Assembly (NCBI GenBank): GCA_029261035.1
Contig: JAJDCD010000012.1
Span: forward strand, 6,958-70,957
Reading direction: 5' to 3'
Source of the DNA: Candidatus Omnitrophota bacterium
Lineage (GTDB): Bacteria > Omnitrophota > Omnitrophia > Omnitrophales > JACROU01
Length of the DNA: 64,000 nt
A program made the translations under genes and the position numbers. Shown here piece by piece: positions 53,242 to 63,881 of this stretch. Positions within the stretch are counted from its first letter, which is position 1. Each line of letters begins with the position of its first letter. A model generated the notes under the pieces. The model had not been told where the DNA came from. It did no database searches and worked only from the letters and a program-made list of their open reading frames with translations.

Positions 53242-55845
53242 CTACGATTCTAATATCGTAATAATATTACTCATCAATTCTTTAATTTTCTCGGGGTTTC
53301 TGCCCCCACCCTGAGCCATATCTTTCCGACCTCCTCCAGAACCTTCTAAAGGAATAACAACTTTCTTTAGAATATCGTTGGAGCTTACATTGCTTTCTTT
53401 CATATCTTGACTAAGGGCCACAATCACATTTGATTTTTGCTCTTCAATTGAAAATAAAATTAAAATAGAACTCTTTGTTTTTTGTTTCAAAACATCAATA
53501 GTATGTCTCAATTCAGAAATCGGAATGGAATCAAAACATGCTGCAATCACATTAAAACCATTCCATTTTTTGGCATTTGAAATCAATGAATTTAAATCTA
53601 TCGATTTAGCTTTTGCTCCCCTATTTCCTTTTTCAAGTTCCCTCATCCTAATTTGTAGTTTTTCAATACGTTGAGAAATATCCTCTGGACTCGATTTCAA
53701 CGTATTAGCCACTTCTAAAATCTTAACTCGCTGTTCTTGAATTGCTTTAAGAGCATTTATTCCCGTCAAAGCCTCAATTCTTCGAGTCCCACTTGAAACA
53801 GATGAATCCGAGGTGATTAAAAAAGCTCCAATATCTCCTGTACGAGAAACATGAGTTCCTCCACAAAACTCCAAACTCACTTCACCCACTCGTAGAATAC
53901 GAACCTTATCCCCATACTTATCACCGAAAAAAGCTAATGCACCTTCTTTTCGTGCTTCTTCTAGCGTTTTCACTTCTGCTTCAGCTGGAATATTTTCTAA
54001 AATAATTTCATTAACTCTAGTTTCTAACTTTTCTATTTCACTCCTTGTTAATGCTTGAGAATGGGCGTAATCGAATCGCAACTTATCTTCATTAACCAGA
54101 GACCCCATCTGCCTTACATGAGACCCTAAAACATCTCTCATAACAGCCTGGAGAATATGCGTCGCTGTATGATTTCTTTTCGTAGACGCCCTCAAAGCCC
54201 GATCAATAATTGCATTAACATGATCTCCAACCATAACAGAGCCTTTTTTAATCTCTACATAATGAACAATTCTTTCCCCGTCTTTTTTAGAATCTTTAAC
54301 TACAGCGGAAAAATTAGAGTTCTCTAACTCACCTCGATCTCCTACTTGCCCACCTCCTTCACCGTAAAAAGGAGTCTTATTCAATATCACTACCGCTTCA
54401 GTCCCTGACTGTTCAACGAAAAGAACTTCAGCTTCCTCAAATGAGCATAGATCATATCCCAAAAACTCTGTATCTGGAATATCCGCAATTTTTTTCGAAA
54501 GCTCAGATACAACAAAGATATCCCCAGAGATTCCACTGGACTGCTTTGATCTTTCCTTTTGCTGCCTCATCTCAAGGTCAAACCCTTTTCTATCAATCGT
54601 AAGTCCTTCAGCATCTAAAATCAACTCAGTCAACTCGTCAGGAAATCCAAATGTGTCATAAAGTTTAAACACATTACTGCCTGTAAGCTGCTTTTTCTTA
54701 TCTTTCTTTGCTACGAGAATCATTTTATTTAAAATATCAATTCCCTGCTCCAAAGTATCCCAAAAACGTTCTTCTTCCATTTTCATATTCAGAAAGATAG
54801 AATCTCTATTTGATTTAAGCTCTGGATAAACCCCTGCCATCTCATCAATAATAATATCAACTAACTCATTTATAAAAGGGCCATCGGCACCCAATTGTTT
54901 TCCATACCAAGTCGCACGTCTTATTAACTTCCGAATAACATAACCCCGACCTTCATTTACAGGAACGGCGCCGTCGTTAATAGCAAAAATCGAAGCTCGA
55001 GCATGATCAATAATGGTATAGACAATACTTCTGTTATTTTCTACAGCCTCATTATTTAAACCTAAAACCTTAATCAGCTTTTTAATCATAGGTTGAAATA
55101 AATCTATTTCAAAATTTGTTTTCTTACCTTGAAGAACACACACCAAGCGTTCCAGACCCATACCTGTATCAATATTCTTATTTGATAATGGCTCAAGAAC
55201 TCCTCCGTCTTTCCGATCAAATTGAGTGAATACTAAATTCCAGATTTCAGCAAAGCGCCCACACTCACAATCAATATTACACGCCTCATTACATTTAGGA
55301 TTTTTCCCTTGATCGTAATAAATCTCTGAACAAGGTCCACAGGGTCCGTTAGGACCATCCTTAGGGGCATTAGAAGGCCAGTAATTAGACTTATCTCCCA
55401 GCTTCGTGATGTGAGATTCTTCTATTTTTATTTCATCTTTCCAAATTTTGTAAGCCTCATCATCACTTTCATGCACACTGATCTGAAGTTTTTCAGCTGG
55501 GATTGAAAGTTCCTTTGTTAAAAACTCCCAAGCCCATTCAATAGCTTCACGCTTAAAGTAATCTCCAAAAGAAAAGTTTCCTAGCATTTCAAAGAAAGAA
55601 TGATGATAAGGAGTTTTCCCTACATTCTCCAAATCTCCTGTTCGTATACATTTTTGAGAACTTGTTGCACGGGTCATATCTTTCTTTATACCTAAAAAAT
55701 ATTCTTTAAATTGATTCATTCCAGCACCCGTAAAAAGGAGGGTCGGATCATTTTGAGGAATCAATGAATCAGAAGAGACAATACGATGGCCTTTTGACTC
55801 GAAATATTTTAAATATTTATCTCTAACTTCATTAGTTGTAATCAT
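53242..55845 (-). CDS. alaS: alanine--tRNA ligase
   Basis: 867 aa. Class-II core FTGAGMNQFK and FFEMLGNFSFGDYFK. Editing-domain HTATHIL. C-terminal DHHA1-like region. Confidence 0.97.
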   Translation of the reverse strand: MITTNEVRDKYLKYFESKGHRIVSSDSLIPQNDPTLLFTGAGMNQFKEYFLGIKKDMTRATSSQKCIRTGDLENVGKTPYHHSFFEMLGNFSFGDYFKREAIEWAWEFLTKELSIPAEKLQISVHESDDEAYKIWKDEIKIEESHITKLGDKSNYWPSNAPKDGPNGPCGPCSEIYYDQGKNPKCNEACNIDCECGRFAEIWNLVFTQFDRKDGGVLEPLSNKNIDTGMGLERLVCVLQGKKTNFEIDLFQPMIKKLIKVLGLNNEAVENNRSIVYTIIDHARASIFAINDGAVPVNEGRGYVIRKLIRRATWYGKQLGADGPFINELVDIIIDEMAGVYPELKSNRDSIFLNMKMEEERFWDTLEQGIDILNKMILVAKKDKKKQLTGSNVFKLYDTFGFPDELTELILDAEGLTIDRKGFDLEMRQQKERSKQSSGISGDIFVVSELSKKIADIPDTEFLGYDLCSFEEAEVLFVEQSGTEAVVILNKTPFYGEGGGQVGDRGELENSNFSAVVKDSKKDGERIVHYVEIKKGSVMVGDHVNAIIDRALRASTKRNHTATHILQAVMRDVLGSHVRQMGSLVNEDKLRFDYAHSQALTRSEIEKLETRVNEIILENIPAEAEVKTLEEARKEGALAFFGDKYGDKVRILRVGEVSLEFCGGTHVSRTGDIGAFLITSDSSVSSGTRRIEALTGINALKAIQEQRVKILEVANTLKSSPEDISQRIEKLQIRMRELEKGNRGAKAKSIDLNSLISNAKKWNGFNVIAACFDSIPISELRHTIDVLKQKTKSSILILFSIEEQKSNVIVALSQDMKESNVSSNDILKKVVIPLEGSGGGRKDMAQGGGRNPEKIKELMSNIITILES

Positions 55846-55848
55846 GAC

Positions 55849-56364
55849 CTACCAATCTATGCTACTATTTGAATCCATTTTTTCAACAATCGTTCTACAT
55901 ATTTCAAAATCAAAGCCTTTTCGTGCAAGAAAATTATAAATTCTGTTTTTTACCTTATTATCAAATTCTCCGTTTGATGGCATTCGAGATTGAGCTAACT
56001 CCATAGCTCTTTCCATTTGAGATGTGCTATTTTCAGGTTCAAAATTTTCTTCAATTTGCGTTGTTGTAATTCCTCTTTGTTTTAGCTTATTTACAATCTG
56101 AAGATTCCCAACACCTTTGTCTCTTAGCTCTTCAACATAAACCTCTATAAAACGAACGTCATTAATCAACCGGTTCTTTTTTAATACGTCTAATGTTTCT
56201 TTTATATCAGCAGAAGTGTGTTTCTTTAATACCATTTTCTTAGTTAGCTCTGCTTCCGAATGCATCCGAATGCCTATCACTCTCAAAGCATAAAGAAGCG
56301 CTTTATTCTTTACTGGCTCTTTATTCTCTTTAGATTTATTCTCTTTTAATTGCCTCATAATCAT
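55849..56364 (-). CDS. recX: recombination regulator RecX
   Basis: 171 aa with three-helix repeats (ALLYALRVIGIRMHSEAELTKKM). It occupies the conserved recA-recX-alaS position. Confidence 0.7.
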   Translation of the reverse strand: MIMRQLKENKSKENKEPVKNKALLYALRVIGIRMHSEAELTKKMVLKKHTSADIKETLDVLKKNRLINDVRFIEVYVEELRDKGVGNLQIVNKLKQRGITTTQIEENFEPENSTSQMERAMELAQSRMPSNGEFDNKVKNRIYNFLARKGFDFEICRTIVEKMDSNSSIDW

Positions 56365-56372
56365 GCTTTTCC

Positions 56373-56418
56373 ATAAAAACAGAAACGGCTCCCTGGAATT
56401 CGTAAAGAAGGAGCCGTT
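56373..56418 (-). terminator. hairpin / attenuator between recA and recX
   Basis: AACGGCTCC (56384-56392) pairs with GGAGCCGTT (56410-56418). On the minus strand the stem is followed by TCTGTTTTTATGG. Confidence 0.55.
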
Positions 56419-56437
56419 CTAAGAATAAAGTTATTAA

Positions 56438-57505
56438 TTAAACAGTTACTGGTTGAGCAAATATTTTATCTTTTACTTTTGTTTCGATCTCATCTAAAAC
56501 CTTAGGGTTCTCTTTTAAGAAGGCTCGAACATTCTCTCTTCCTTGACCAATTTTTTCATTCTTATAAGAAAGCCAAGATCCTGATTTTTCAAGAATATCA
56601 TTTTCCACAGCCAGATCAATAATCGTTGCAGAGCGAGAGATTCCTTCATCAAACATAATGTCGAATTCAGCTGTTTTAAATGGAGGAGCCACTTTATTCT
56701 TTACAACCTTAACACGCACTCGGTTTCCAATAATCGAATCACCTTTCTTGATTGACCCAATTCTTCGAATATCCATTCTCAACGATGAAAAGAATTTCAA
56801 AGCCTTTCCACCAGGAGTTGTCTCAGGGTTACCAAACATAACACCAATTTTATCTCGAATTTGGTTAATAAATATAACGCTGGTTTTAGATCGACTAATA
56901 ACAGAGGTTAGTTTTCTTAATGCTTGAGACATCAAACGTGCTTGAGAGCCCATTTGATGATCCCCTATATTGCCTTCAATTTCCGACTTAGGAACCAAAG
57001 CAGCTACCGAGTCTACAACAATCAAATCAACAGACTCTGATTTCACTAACATTTCCACAATCTGAAAAGCCTGTTCTCCATGATCCGGTTGAGAAATTAT
57101 CAAGTCCTCCACTTTTACACCTAGTTTTTCAGCGTAGATAGGATCCAAAGCATATTCCACGTCAATAAAAGCGGCAACGCCACCTTGTTTCTGTAATTGA
57201 GCTATTACTGAAAGAGTTAAAGTTGTTTTTCCACTCGATTCAGGTCCAAAGATTTCCATAACGCGACCTCTTGGAACGCCGCCAATTCCAATAGCCATAT
57301 CTAACGTCATTGCGCCTGTAGGAATGGATTCAATTTGTTCAAGATTGTTTTGGTCTCCACCCATTTTCATGATGGAACCTTTTCCAAACTGTTTTTCAAT
57401 ACTTTGCAATGTTTGCTGGAGCATTTTTTGTTTTTGGTTTTCGCCCCCAGCTGTTCCTGCTTTTTCTTTTGTTTTTGCTGTCTTTTTTTCTGTTTTATCT
57501 GACAT
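56438..57505 (-). CDS. recA: recombinase RecA
   Basis: [10 protein letters not shown] Walker A, VVDSVAAL, and the L2 loop region [22 protein letters not shown]. Confidence 0.98.
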   Translation of the reverse strand: MSDKTEKKTAKTKEKAGTAGGENQKQKMLQQTLQSIEKQFGKGSIMKMGGDQNNLEQIESIPTGAMTLDMAIGIGGVPRGRVMEIFGPESSGKTTLTLSVIAQLQKQGGVAAFIDVEYALDPIYAEKLGVKVEDLIISQPDHGEQAFQIVEMLVKSESVDLIVVDSVAALVPKSEIEGNIGDHQMGSQARLMSQALRKLTSVISRSKTSVIFINQIRDKIGVMFGNPETTPGGKALKFFSSLRMDIRRIGSIKKGDSIIGNRVRVKVVKNKVAPPFKTAEFDIMFDEGISRSATIIDLAVENDILEKSGSWLSYKNEKIGQGRENVRAFLKENPKVLDEIETKVKDKIFAQPVTV

Positions 57506-57550
57506 TTTTAAGCTCCTATTTACAGTTAAATCGAGTTTTCCCAGTTAAAT

Positions 57551-57579
57551 ATTATAATCCCGAAGCCTCTCAAAGTAAA
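57551..57579 (-). promoter_or_regulatory. putative sigma-70 promoter of recA
   Basis: The minus strand reads TTTACT-17 nt-TATAAT, about 45 nt upstream of the ATG. Confidence 0.3.
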
Positions 57580-57620
57580 GCCTCTGTAAAGGTTCCGGAT
57601 AGAAAGTTACAAAATTGTGG

Positions 57621-58274
57621 TTAAGACCTATTTCTCTTAAAGACCGGGCTTTCAGTCCCCTTAAAAAGCCTTGAAATATTCGTCCGATGCATAACGATAA
57701 TAAGCCCACAAAGCAGCGAAGATAAAGCTATTAAAAATCCAAACTCAGGAATAGCACTATAATACAGGAAAATAAAGCCCACAAAGGCAATACTGGCTAC
57801 TATTGAACCTAAAGCTATGTAGTTAAAGACGAAAACACAAAACACAAATACAACAAATGCACTAAGAGCCGCTAAAGGCAATATAGCCAAAAAGACCCCC
57901 AAAGAGGTGGCTACACCCTTTCCACCCTTGAACCTAAGCCATACTGGCCAATTATGTCCAAAAATAGCTGCAATTCCAAAAACCAAAGATAATGTGATTG
58001 AAGAAAAGGTAAATGGAAATACAGAATTAAGCTTCTCAATAGAAATCAAATGCCAAAACAACAATGCAGGAATAAAACCTTTTAACAAATCTACAAATAA
58101 AACAACCGCCCCCCACTGCTTGCCAATAACACGAAAAACATTGCTCGCACCAACATTACCACTCCCATGCTCTCGAATATCAATTTGCTTTACCCACTTA
58201 CCAATCAAAAATGCTGTTGGGATGGATCCGACCAAATAACTAAAAAATAGCAGCAGAATAAAAAGTATCATCAC
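57621..58274 (-). CDS. plsY: glycerol-3-phosphate acyltransferase PlsY
   Basis: Polytopic membrane protein with GSGNVGASNVFR and KGGKGVAT motifs. Confidence 0.92.
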   Translation of the reverse strand: MMILFILLLFFSYLVGSIPTAFLIGKWVKQIDIREHGSGNVGASNVFRVIGKQWGAVVLFVDLLKGFIPALLFWHLISIEKLNSVFPFTFSSITLSLVFGIAAIFGHNWPVWLRFKGGKGVATSLGVFLAILPLAALSAFVVFVFCVFVFNYIALGSIVASIAFVGFIFLYYSAIPEFGFLIALSSLLCGLIIVMHRTNISRLFKGTESPVFKRNRS

Positions 58275-58281
58275 AGACCCT

Positions 58282-59625
58282 TTATTTTTCCTTTGTTTTT
58301 TCTTCTACCAAATTCATTTTTAAGCCAACTCCACGAACTTTAAAATGGCTCATAAATTGATTTTCTAGAAACCCCCAATAATCTCTAGGGACTCTCTGCT
58401 TTCCTTTAACAAATAAATTAAACCGCAAGGGACGTCGATGTGTTTGAACTAAATACTTTAGCTTCCCACCTTGTGGAGGTTTTTTCTTCTTAAGCATTTC
58501 TAAAAAGTCATTCAATTCTTTAGTACTAAATAACTGATTGTAGTACTCAAAAATTTTAAAAGATTCTTCAATAGGCTGTAAAATATTCTTAGCTTTTAAT
58601 CCTGAAGTAAAAAAAATAGGGAAATGTTTCAAAAAACCATTTGCCTCAACAAGGTCATTTTTATAACGAGCCATTTCTCTCTGACTCGATAGATCCCATT
58701 TATTACCAACCAAAATCAAAGCTTTTCGTTCCTCTAATATTTTTTTTAATATATTTTTAGAATCTCTTTTCAATCCTAAAGTAGCATCAAACAGCAAAAC
58801 AATGACATCCGCTTTTTTAAGAGCCTCTTTAGTTCTAGTAAAACTAAAAAACTCTGTTGCAGACTTCATTTTTTTCTCAGATCTCAACCCAGCAGTGTCT
58901 ACAAGTCGGATTTTTTTACCTTCATATTCAAAAGATTCTTCTACTAGATCTCGAGTTGTCCCAGGAATCTCAGAAACAATAACCCTATCTTTTTCCAACA
59001 AAGCATTTAGATAGGTGGATTTTCCAACATTAGGCTCTCCAATAATAGAGAGATTAAAAAGATAAGGATCTTCTTCAATCAACTCATGCTGTTCTGGGAG
59101 ACTTTTACACATATCAGTTAACAATTCATCAATCCCATGCCCGTGTGCCGCAGAAATTCCTAATACCGTATCAAACCCCAAATGATAAAACTCCCCCAGC
59201 TGTAAAGGCCCACGCTTATCATCCAGCTTATTTACCACAACTCGGACAGGTCTATTAATTTTTCTTAAAATATCGGCAAATCGTTCATCTGTATGCGTAA
59301 TCCCACTTGCTCCATCTACAACAAATAAAATCTCATCTGCTTCTGCAATTGCTTTCTCAACTTCCTGATCAACCATAAATTCCATTGTATTTGATTTTGC
59401 AAACTGAAATCCTCCAGTATCGACAATACGAATAGACTGATTGTCCACTTGAATGGTTTCATAGTTCCGATCTCTCGTAGTGCCGCTTTCTCTTTGAACA
59501 ATAGCCTTTCTTCTTCGGATTAATCGATTAAACAGAGTAGACTTTCCTACATTAGGTCGCCCCACAATAGCAACGAGAGGCAAAGCACTCATTAATGAAT
59601 TTGTCACTGTTAAATTTCCTTCCAA
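58282..59625 (-). CDS. der: ribosome-associated GTPase Der (EngA)
   Basis: Two tandem G domains (GRPNVGKST...DTGG...NKLD and GEPNVGKST...DTAG...NKWD) plus a KH-like C-terminus. The real start may be the internal ATG at 59592. Confidence 0.95.
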   Translation of the reverse strand: MEGNLTVTNSLMSALPLVAIVGRPNVGKSTLFNRLIRRRKAIVQRESGTTRDRNYETIQVDNQSIRIVDTGGFQFAKSNTMEFMVDQEVEKAIAEADEILFVVDGASGITHTDERFADILRKINRPVRVVVNKLDDKRGPLQLGEFYHLGFDTVLGISAAHGHGIDELLTDMCKSLPEQHELIEEDPYLFNLSIIGEPNVGKSTYLNALLEKDRVIVSEIPGTTRDLVEESFEYEGKKIRLVDTAGLRSEKKMKSATEFFSFTRTKEALKKADVIVLLFDATLGLKRDSKNILKKILEERKALILVGNKWDLSSQREMARYKNDLVEANGFLKHFPIFFTSGLKAKNILQPIEESFKIFEYYNQLFSTKELNDFLEMLKKKKPPQGGKLKYLVQTHRRPLRFNLFVKGKQRVPRDYWGFLENQFMSHFKVRGVGLKMNLVEEKTKEK

Positions 59626-59644
59626 ATCAAACTAAAAAAGCTCT

Positions 59645-59699
59645 TAAAAAACAAAAAACCACAGCCATAGAAAATTAAAAAACTCTTCTATAGCTGTGG
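59645..59699 (-). terminator. Rho-independent terminator after the glycine-zipper lipoprotein gene
   Basis: On the minus strand a 14-bp stem, CCACAGCTATAGAA with TTCTATGGCTGTGG (one mismatch), is followed by TTTTTTGTTTTTT. Confidence 0.8.
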
Positions 59700-59707
59700 T
59701 TTGGAAA

Positions 59708-60148
59708 TTACTGTAAAAATTTTAATTCGTCGCCAGATGCAGGGTCGAATTTAAATCGCTCAGGAAATGTTTGACCTGTTTTAGGATTATATTTCGTGTG
59801 AACTTCTTGCACTTGAGACTGAGGCGTAAACGCTTGCTGCTGAGGAGCTGCATACCCCTGTGATGCCAATTGCTCTCTTCTCAACTCTTCCTTAATTTCT
59901 CGTTTAGCTGATTCTTTAGACCTTCTCATCCCTTCTCCAACTAAAGCTCCGAGTAAGGCTCCAGAACCTGCTCCGATAGCAGTACCCGCTCCCGTATGAC
60001 CCGTAGTACTTCCAATAATTGCTCCCAAACCAGCACCCGCAGCAGCACCACCTAAAGCACCTGCAGCTGGTTCATTAAGCGTAGTTTCACAACCTGTCAG
60101 TGAAACCATAATTAATAACAATAAAGCTAAACCTTTGTTAATAGACAT
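59708..60148 (-). CDS. glycine-zipper lipoprotein
   Basis: Lipobox SLTGC. Gly-zipper GALGGAAAGAGLGAIIGSTTGHTGAGTAIGAGSGALLGALVG. 146 aa. Confidence 0.6.
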   Translation of the reverse strand: MSINKGLALLLLIMVSLTGCETTLNEPAAGALGGAAAGAGLGAIIGSTTGHTGAGTAIGAGSGALLGALVGEGMRRSKESAKREIKEELRREQLASQGYAAPQQQAFTPQSQVQEVHTKYNPKTGQTFPERFKFDPASGDELKFLQ

Positions 60149-60153
60149 ATTCT

Positions 60154-63100
60154 TTATTCCTCCTTATTATCTAACATTCCAACTAATTGAGACGACTTTT
60201 CATTGTCTTTATTCACCTTAACAGACACAACCTTAGAAACCCCTGTATCTTCCATTGTTACTCCATACAATGCATCCCCCATAGCAATGGTTTTACGACT
60301 ATGAGTAATGATAATAAATTGAGACTGATCCAAAAAGGTCTGCACTACCTTCAAAAAGCGTTCAATATTAGCCTCATCCAATGGAGCGTCAATTTCGTCC
60401 AAAACACAGAAAGGCGAAGGTTTAATTTTAAATAATGCAAACAACAAAGCTATAGCAGTCATCGCTTTTTCTCCCCCCGAAAGGAGCGTTATATGTTGCA
60501 ACTTTTTCCCAGGAGGTCTCACCATAATTTCTATTCCTGACTCCAAAGGATTAACCTCATCCACCATAGTCAACATAGCTTCACCCCCATTAAATAGGGT
60601 GGAAAAAAATCCTTGAAACTCTCTTTGAACAGCATCAAAAGTATCTTGAAACAACTTCTTAGTTGTTTTATTTATCTTACGAATTGCACTTAACAGAGAC
60701 TCTCTCGCTTCTGTCAAATCATTCTGTTGGCCTGTTAAAAAATCAAACCTCTCTTTAAGTTCGTTGAATTCATCTACCGCCAGCAAATTAACAGCTCCAT
60801 ATTTATCTAATTTTTCTTTTAAATGATCAATTTGAAGAGACAACTCTTCTGTAGACATATCCGTATTTTCTAATGCATCAGAGGTCGCTTCTAATAAATC
60901 AATTTTGTAAGTTTCTTTAATTCTTTCTAGAATAGCTTGCTGAGAATAATTCGCTTCAACTTTTTTCATTTCCAGATGATGTAACTCTTCTTTGAACTGT
61001 TCTAATTCTTTTCTTATATCTTCTACGTCAAGAGCCAATTGTTTGGTTTCCGTTCTTTTCATTTCCAAATCAGCAAGAATACCTCTTAATCGGTGCTCAA
61101 TCTCAGAGTGATTTACTGCCAAGCCTTGGATTTCCGTTTGATGCTGTTCATTCTCAGAAGACAACTGTAGAATCTGCTCTTCTCCGTCAACAATTCCTTT
61201 TTGTTTTACTTGGATTCTCTGACTCTCTTCATGAATTGATTTATTATTTCTTTCCAAATTACTTTTTAGAAAAGTTAACCTTTCATTTAAATTCTTAAAT
61301 TCTGTTTCCAATTCCACCTTTTTAAATCTCTCTGACTCTAAAACTTTAGATTGCTCAGATTCTTTATTTCTAAGTAATAAGATTTTTTGTTTAACATTAT
61401 TTTCTTCATGATTCAAATTTTGTTCTTTTTCTGTATGCTCCAATATCTGAGCTTCCGTTTCTTTCAAGCCTATTTCGGCAGCAGCAATACTTTGCTCTAT
61501 CTGTTCTATCTTTTGATGGAATTGCTTTAAATCTTCGTTAAGACGCTCAAGAAATTGATTTTCCGTTTCTGATTTAATTTGCAATTTAGAATATTGATCT
61601 TTTCTTATCTCAAATTTATTGTCAAAATCAGATTTTTCTTGAATGAATCGCTTCTCCTTTTCTCTGTTTTCAGATAAACGAATCTCTAAGCTCGCTTTTT
61701 CATCCCGTAAACTTTTTAATTTATCCTCAAATTCAACAACTTCAGATTGAGCAGATTGCGGTAATGTAAGTTGGTTACCCGGTCCCAAAAGAATGCCATC
61801 CTGTGTCAAAACTTGATTTTGAAATAAAAAAGAACGCAAATCTTTTTTCAAGAACTCCGAGGCCTTCAAATCAGTCAAGTAGATATGATTTAAAACACTC
61901 ATCAGCTCATGAGGAAACTCACCCTTCAGGTCAAGCATAAAACGCACCGGCTTCAACTCGACGCCATTTAAATTTACAATCTCTGGATTATTTGACTCGT
62001 TGCTTTCTTGAACAAATGTGGTCAAAGACTTATTTCGAGATCTATCTGTAAGCTCAGATAAATCATCAATTAACTCCGATTTACACAACACCAAAACTTC
62101 TTCAGAAAACAAGTGAGCAAGCTTTTCAAAAATCAATTCACAACCTTCTTTAGGAGCTAGAATATCTCTCAAAAAATAAGCTTGATTAAACAAACTTGAG
62201 CTCTCATCGGTCTGCTTTTCTTTTATTGTAGAGAGTAACTTTTGTGTAAACTTCTCAGAACTCTTTTCTAGAATAATCTCAATTTGAGCATCAATTTCGT
62301 TTGATCTAGATTCAGACTTAATCAACCAAGCTCGTAACTCCGAAAGCTCCAATTCCTTTCTCTGTAAAGCCTCTCTGGTTGCTTCTAATTCATTTGAAAG
62401 CGCTCCTCGCTCTTCATTAAGATTTTTCTCCGATTCTCTTCTTTTGCTAGATTCCTCTATGTTTCGATTTAATTCATTTTTAAGCACAACCAAAGATTCT
62501 TCTTGGTGGTTGAATTGTGCTTTAAAAGAAGCTAAGTTACTTTCCAATTGTATCTTTTCATGATGACATTTTGTCTTCTCTTCATGAATTAAGTTTTGTT
62601 GATTAAATAGATTTTGAATATTTGTTTGTACCGAAGAGAACTTAGAAGTTTCTTCAGCAATTTTAGCTTCTAATTGAGCGAATTGTTCATTAAATTGATT
62701 AAAGGTCGTTTCTTTTTCAAGGGTTTCAGTATTATTTTTTTCATTTTCCTGATTGAAGTTACTAATTCGATTCTTACACAGCTGAATTTCGTTCTCAGCT
62801 TCATCCTTTTGATTTTTTAAAGATCCGACTCTTTCTGTATTAAAATATGTTTTATCTTTCAGAGAGTTAATCTTTGAAGAAAGCTCCACCTTCTTAACTT
62901 CCCCTTCGTTATACTCTGTTTCGAGTTTTCTCACGCCTTCTAGCTTCTGATTCAAAAATTCTTCTTTTTCATTAAAAAGCTGCTGCGTTTCTTTTACGTT
63001 ATTATTGGTCTGATTCTTTTTATCTTCAAAGGCCAAAAATTGTTTTTTTAACTCATCCAACTCAAGGCTAGCTTTAGTTAGTTCTAGTTTTTTAAGGGTT

Positions 63101-63759
63101 TCAAATTGTTCTTTGTATTTTTCAGCTTTTTTTGCTTGTCTCTCTGCATATTTAATATTCTTTTCAACTTCAGCAACGATATCCCCAAGTCTTAAAAGGT
63201 TACCTTCCGTTCTCTCTAATTTTCTTATAGCTTCTTCTTTTTTAGATTTAAACTTAGAGATTCCAGCAGCTTCCTCAATGAGATACCTTCTTTTTTCTGG
63301 GTCCGCAGTTAAAATGTAATCAATACGACCTTGCTCAATCATGGAATAAGAACTTGATCCGATTCCCGTATCCATAAGCAAATCTTGAATATCTTTATAA
63401 CGACACTGCGTTTTGTTTATAAAATATTCACTTTCCCCAGAACGATAAAGCTTTCTAGAGATAACAACTTCATCATATTCAATAGGCATGATTTTGTTTT
63501 GATTATCAATGGTGAGGTGAACTTCAGCAAATCCTAGAGGCTTCCTAAAATCAGTTCCATTAAAAATAACATCTTCCATTTTGGAACCACGAAGCATTTT
63601 CGCACTGCGTTCTCCGAGAACCCAGCGAATAGAGTCAGACACATTGCTCTTTCCGCAACCATTAGGACCTACAATACAAGTCACTCCTGGCTCAAAGAAC
63701 ACTTCCGTCTTATCTGCAAATGATTTAAATCCAAAAACTTCAATTTTTTTAAGGCTCAT
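60154..63759 (-). CDS. smc: chromosome segregation protein SMC
   Basis: 1,201 aa. N-terminal Walker A GPNGCGKSN. Long coiled coils with a central hinge. C-terminal signature LSGGEKA and Walker B FCVLDEIDAPLD. Confidence 0.97.
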   Translation of the reverse strand: MSLKKIEVFGFKSFADKTEVFFEPGVTCIVGPNGCGKSNVSDSIRWVLGERSAKMLRGSKMEDVIFNGTDFRKPLGFAEVHLTIDNQNKIMPIEYDEVVISRKLYRSGESEYFINKTQCRYKDIQDLLMDTGIGSSSYSMIEQGRIDYILTADPEKRRYLIEEAAGISKFKSKKEEAIRKLERTEGNLLRLGDIVAEVEKNIKYAERQAKKAEKYKEQFETLKKLELTKASLELDELKKQFLAFEDKKNQTNNNVKETQQLFNEKEEFLNQKLEGVRKLETEYNEGEVKKVELSSKINSLKDKTYFNTERVGSLKNQKDEAENEIQLCKNRISNFNQENEKNNTETLEKETTFNQFNEQFAQLEAKIAEETSKFSSVQTNIQNLFNQQNLIHEEKTKCHHEKIQLESNLASFKAQFNHQEESLVVLKNELNRNIEESSKRRESEKNLNEERGALSNELEATREALQRKELELSELRAWLIKSESRSNEIDAQIEIILEKSSEKFTQKLLSTIKEKQTDESSSLFNQAYFLRDILAPKEGCELIFEKLAHLFSEEVLVLCKSELIDDLSELTDRSRNKSLTTFVQESNESNNPEIVNLNGVELKPVRFMLDLKGEFPHELMSVLNHIYLTDLKASEFLKKDLRSFLFQNQVLTQDGILLGPGNQLTLPQSAQSEVVEFEDKLKSLRDEKASLEIRLSENREKEKRFIQEKSDFDNKFEIRKDQYSKLQIKSETENQFLERLNEDLKQFHQKIEQIEQSIAAAEIGLKETEAQILEHTEKEQNLNHEENNVKQKILLLRNKESEQSKVLESERFKKVELETEFKNLNERLTFLKSNLERNNKSIHEESQRIQVKQKGIVDGEEQILQLSSENEQHQTEIQGLAVNHSEIEHRLRGILADLEMKRTETKQLALDVEDIRKELEQFKEELHHLEMKKVEANYSQQAILERIKETYKIDLLEATSDALENTDMSTEELSLQIDHLKEKLDKYGAVNLLAVDEFNELKERFDFLTGQQNDLTEARESLLSAIRKINKTTKKLFQDTFDAVQREFQGFFSTLFNGGEAMLTMVDEVNPLESGIEIMVRPPGKKLQHITLLSGGEKAMTAIALLFALFKIKPSPFCVLDEIDAPLDEANIERFLKVVQTFLDQSQFIIITHSRKTIAMGDALYGVTMEDTGVSKVVSVKVNKDNEKSSQLVGMLDNKEE

Positions 63760-63881
63760 GAATAGTCTCTATTATCTATAAGAATGTTGAGTGGTGTATC
63801 TAAAAACAGAGCGATTCTAACATTCTACAGAGCGAATCTCAAGATATGTCTTAAATTAGAGGAAAACTTCTAAGTATTGTG

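Noticed and set aside
57506-57620. SOS (LexA / Cheo) box upstream of recA.
   Set aside because: No CTGT-N8-ACAG or GAAC-N4-GTTC type palindrome is visible in the 115-nt spacer. Only a sigma-70-like TTTACT-17-TATAAT is present.
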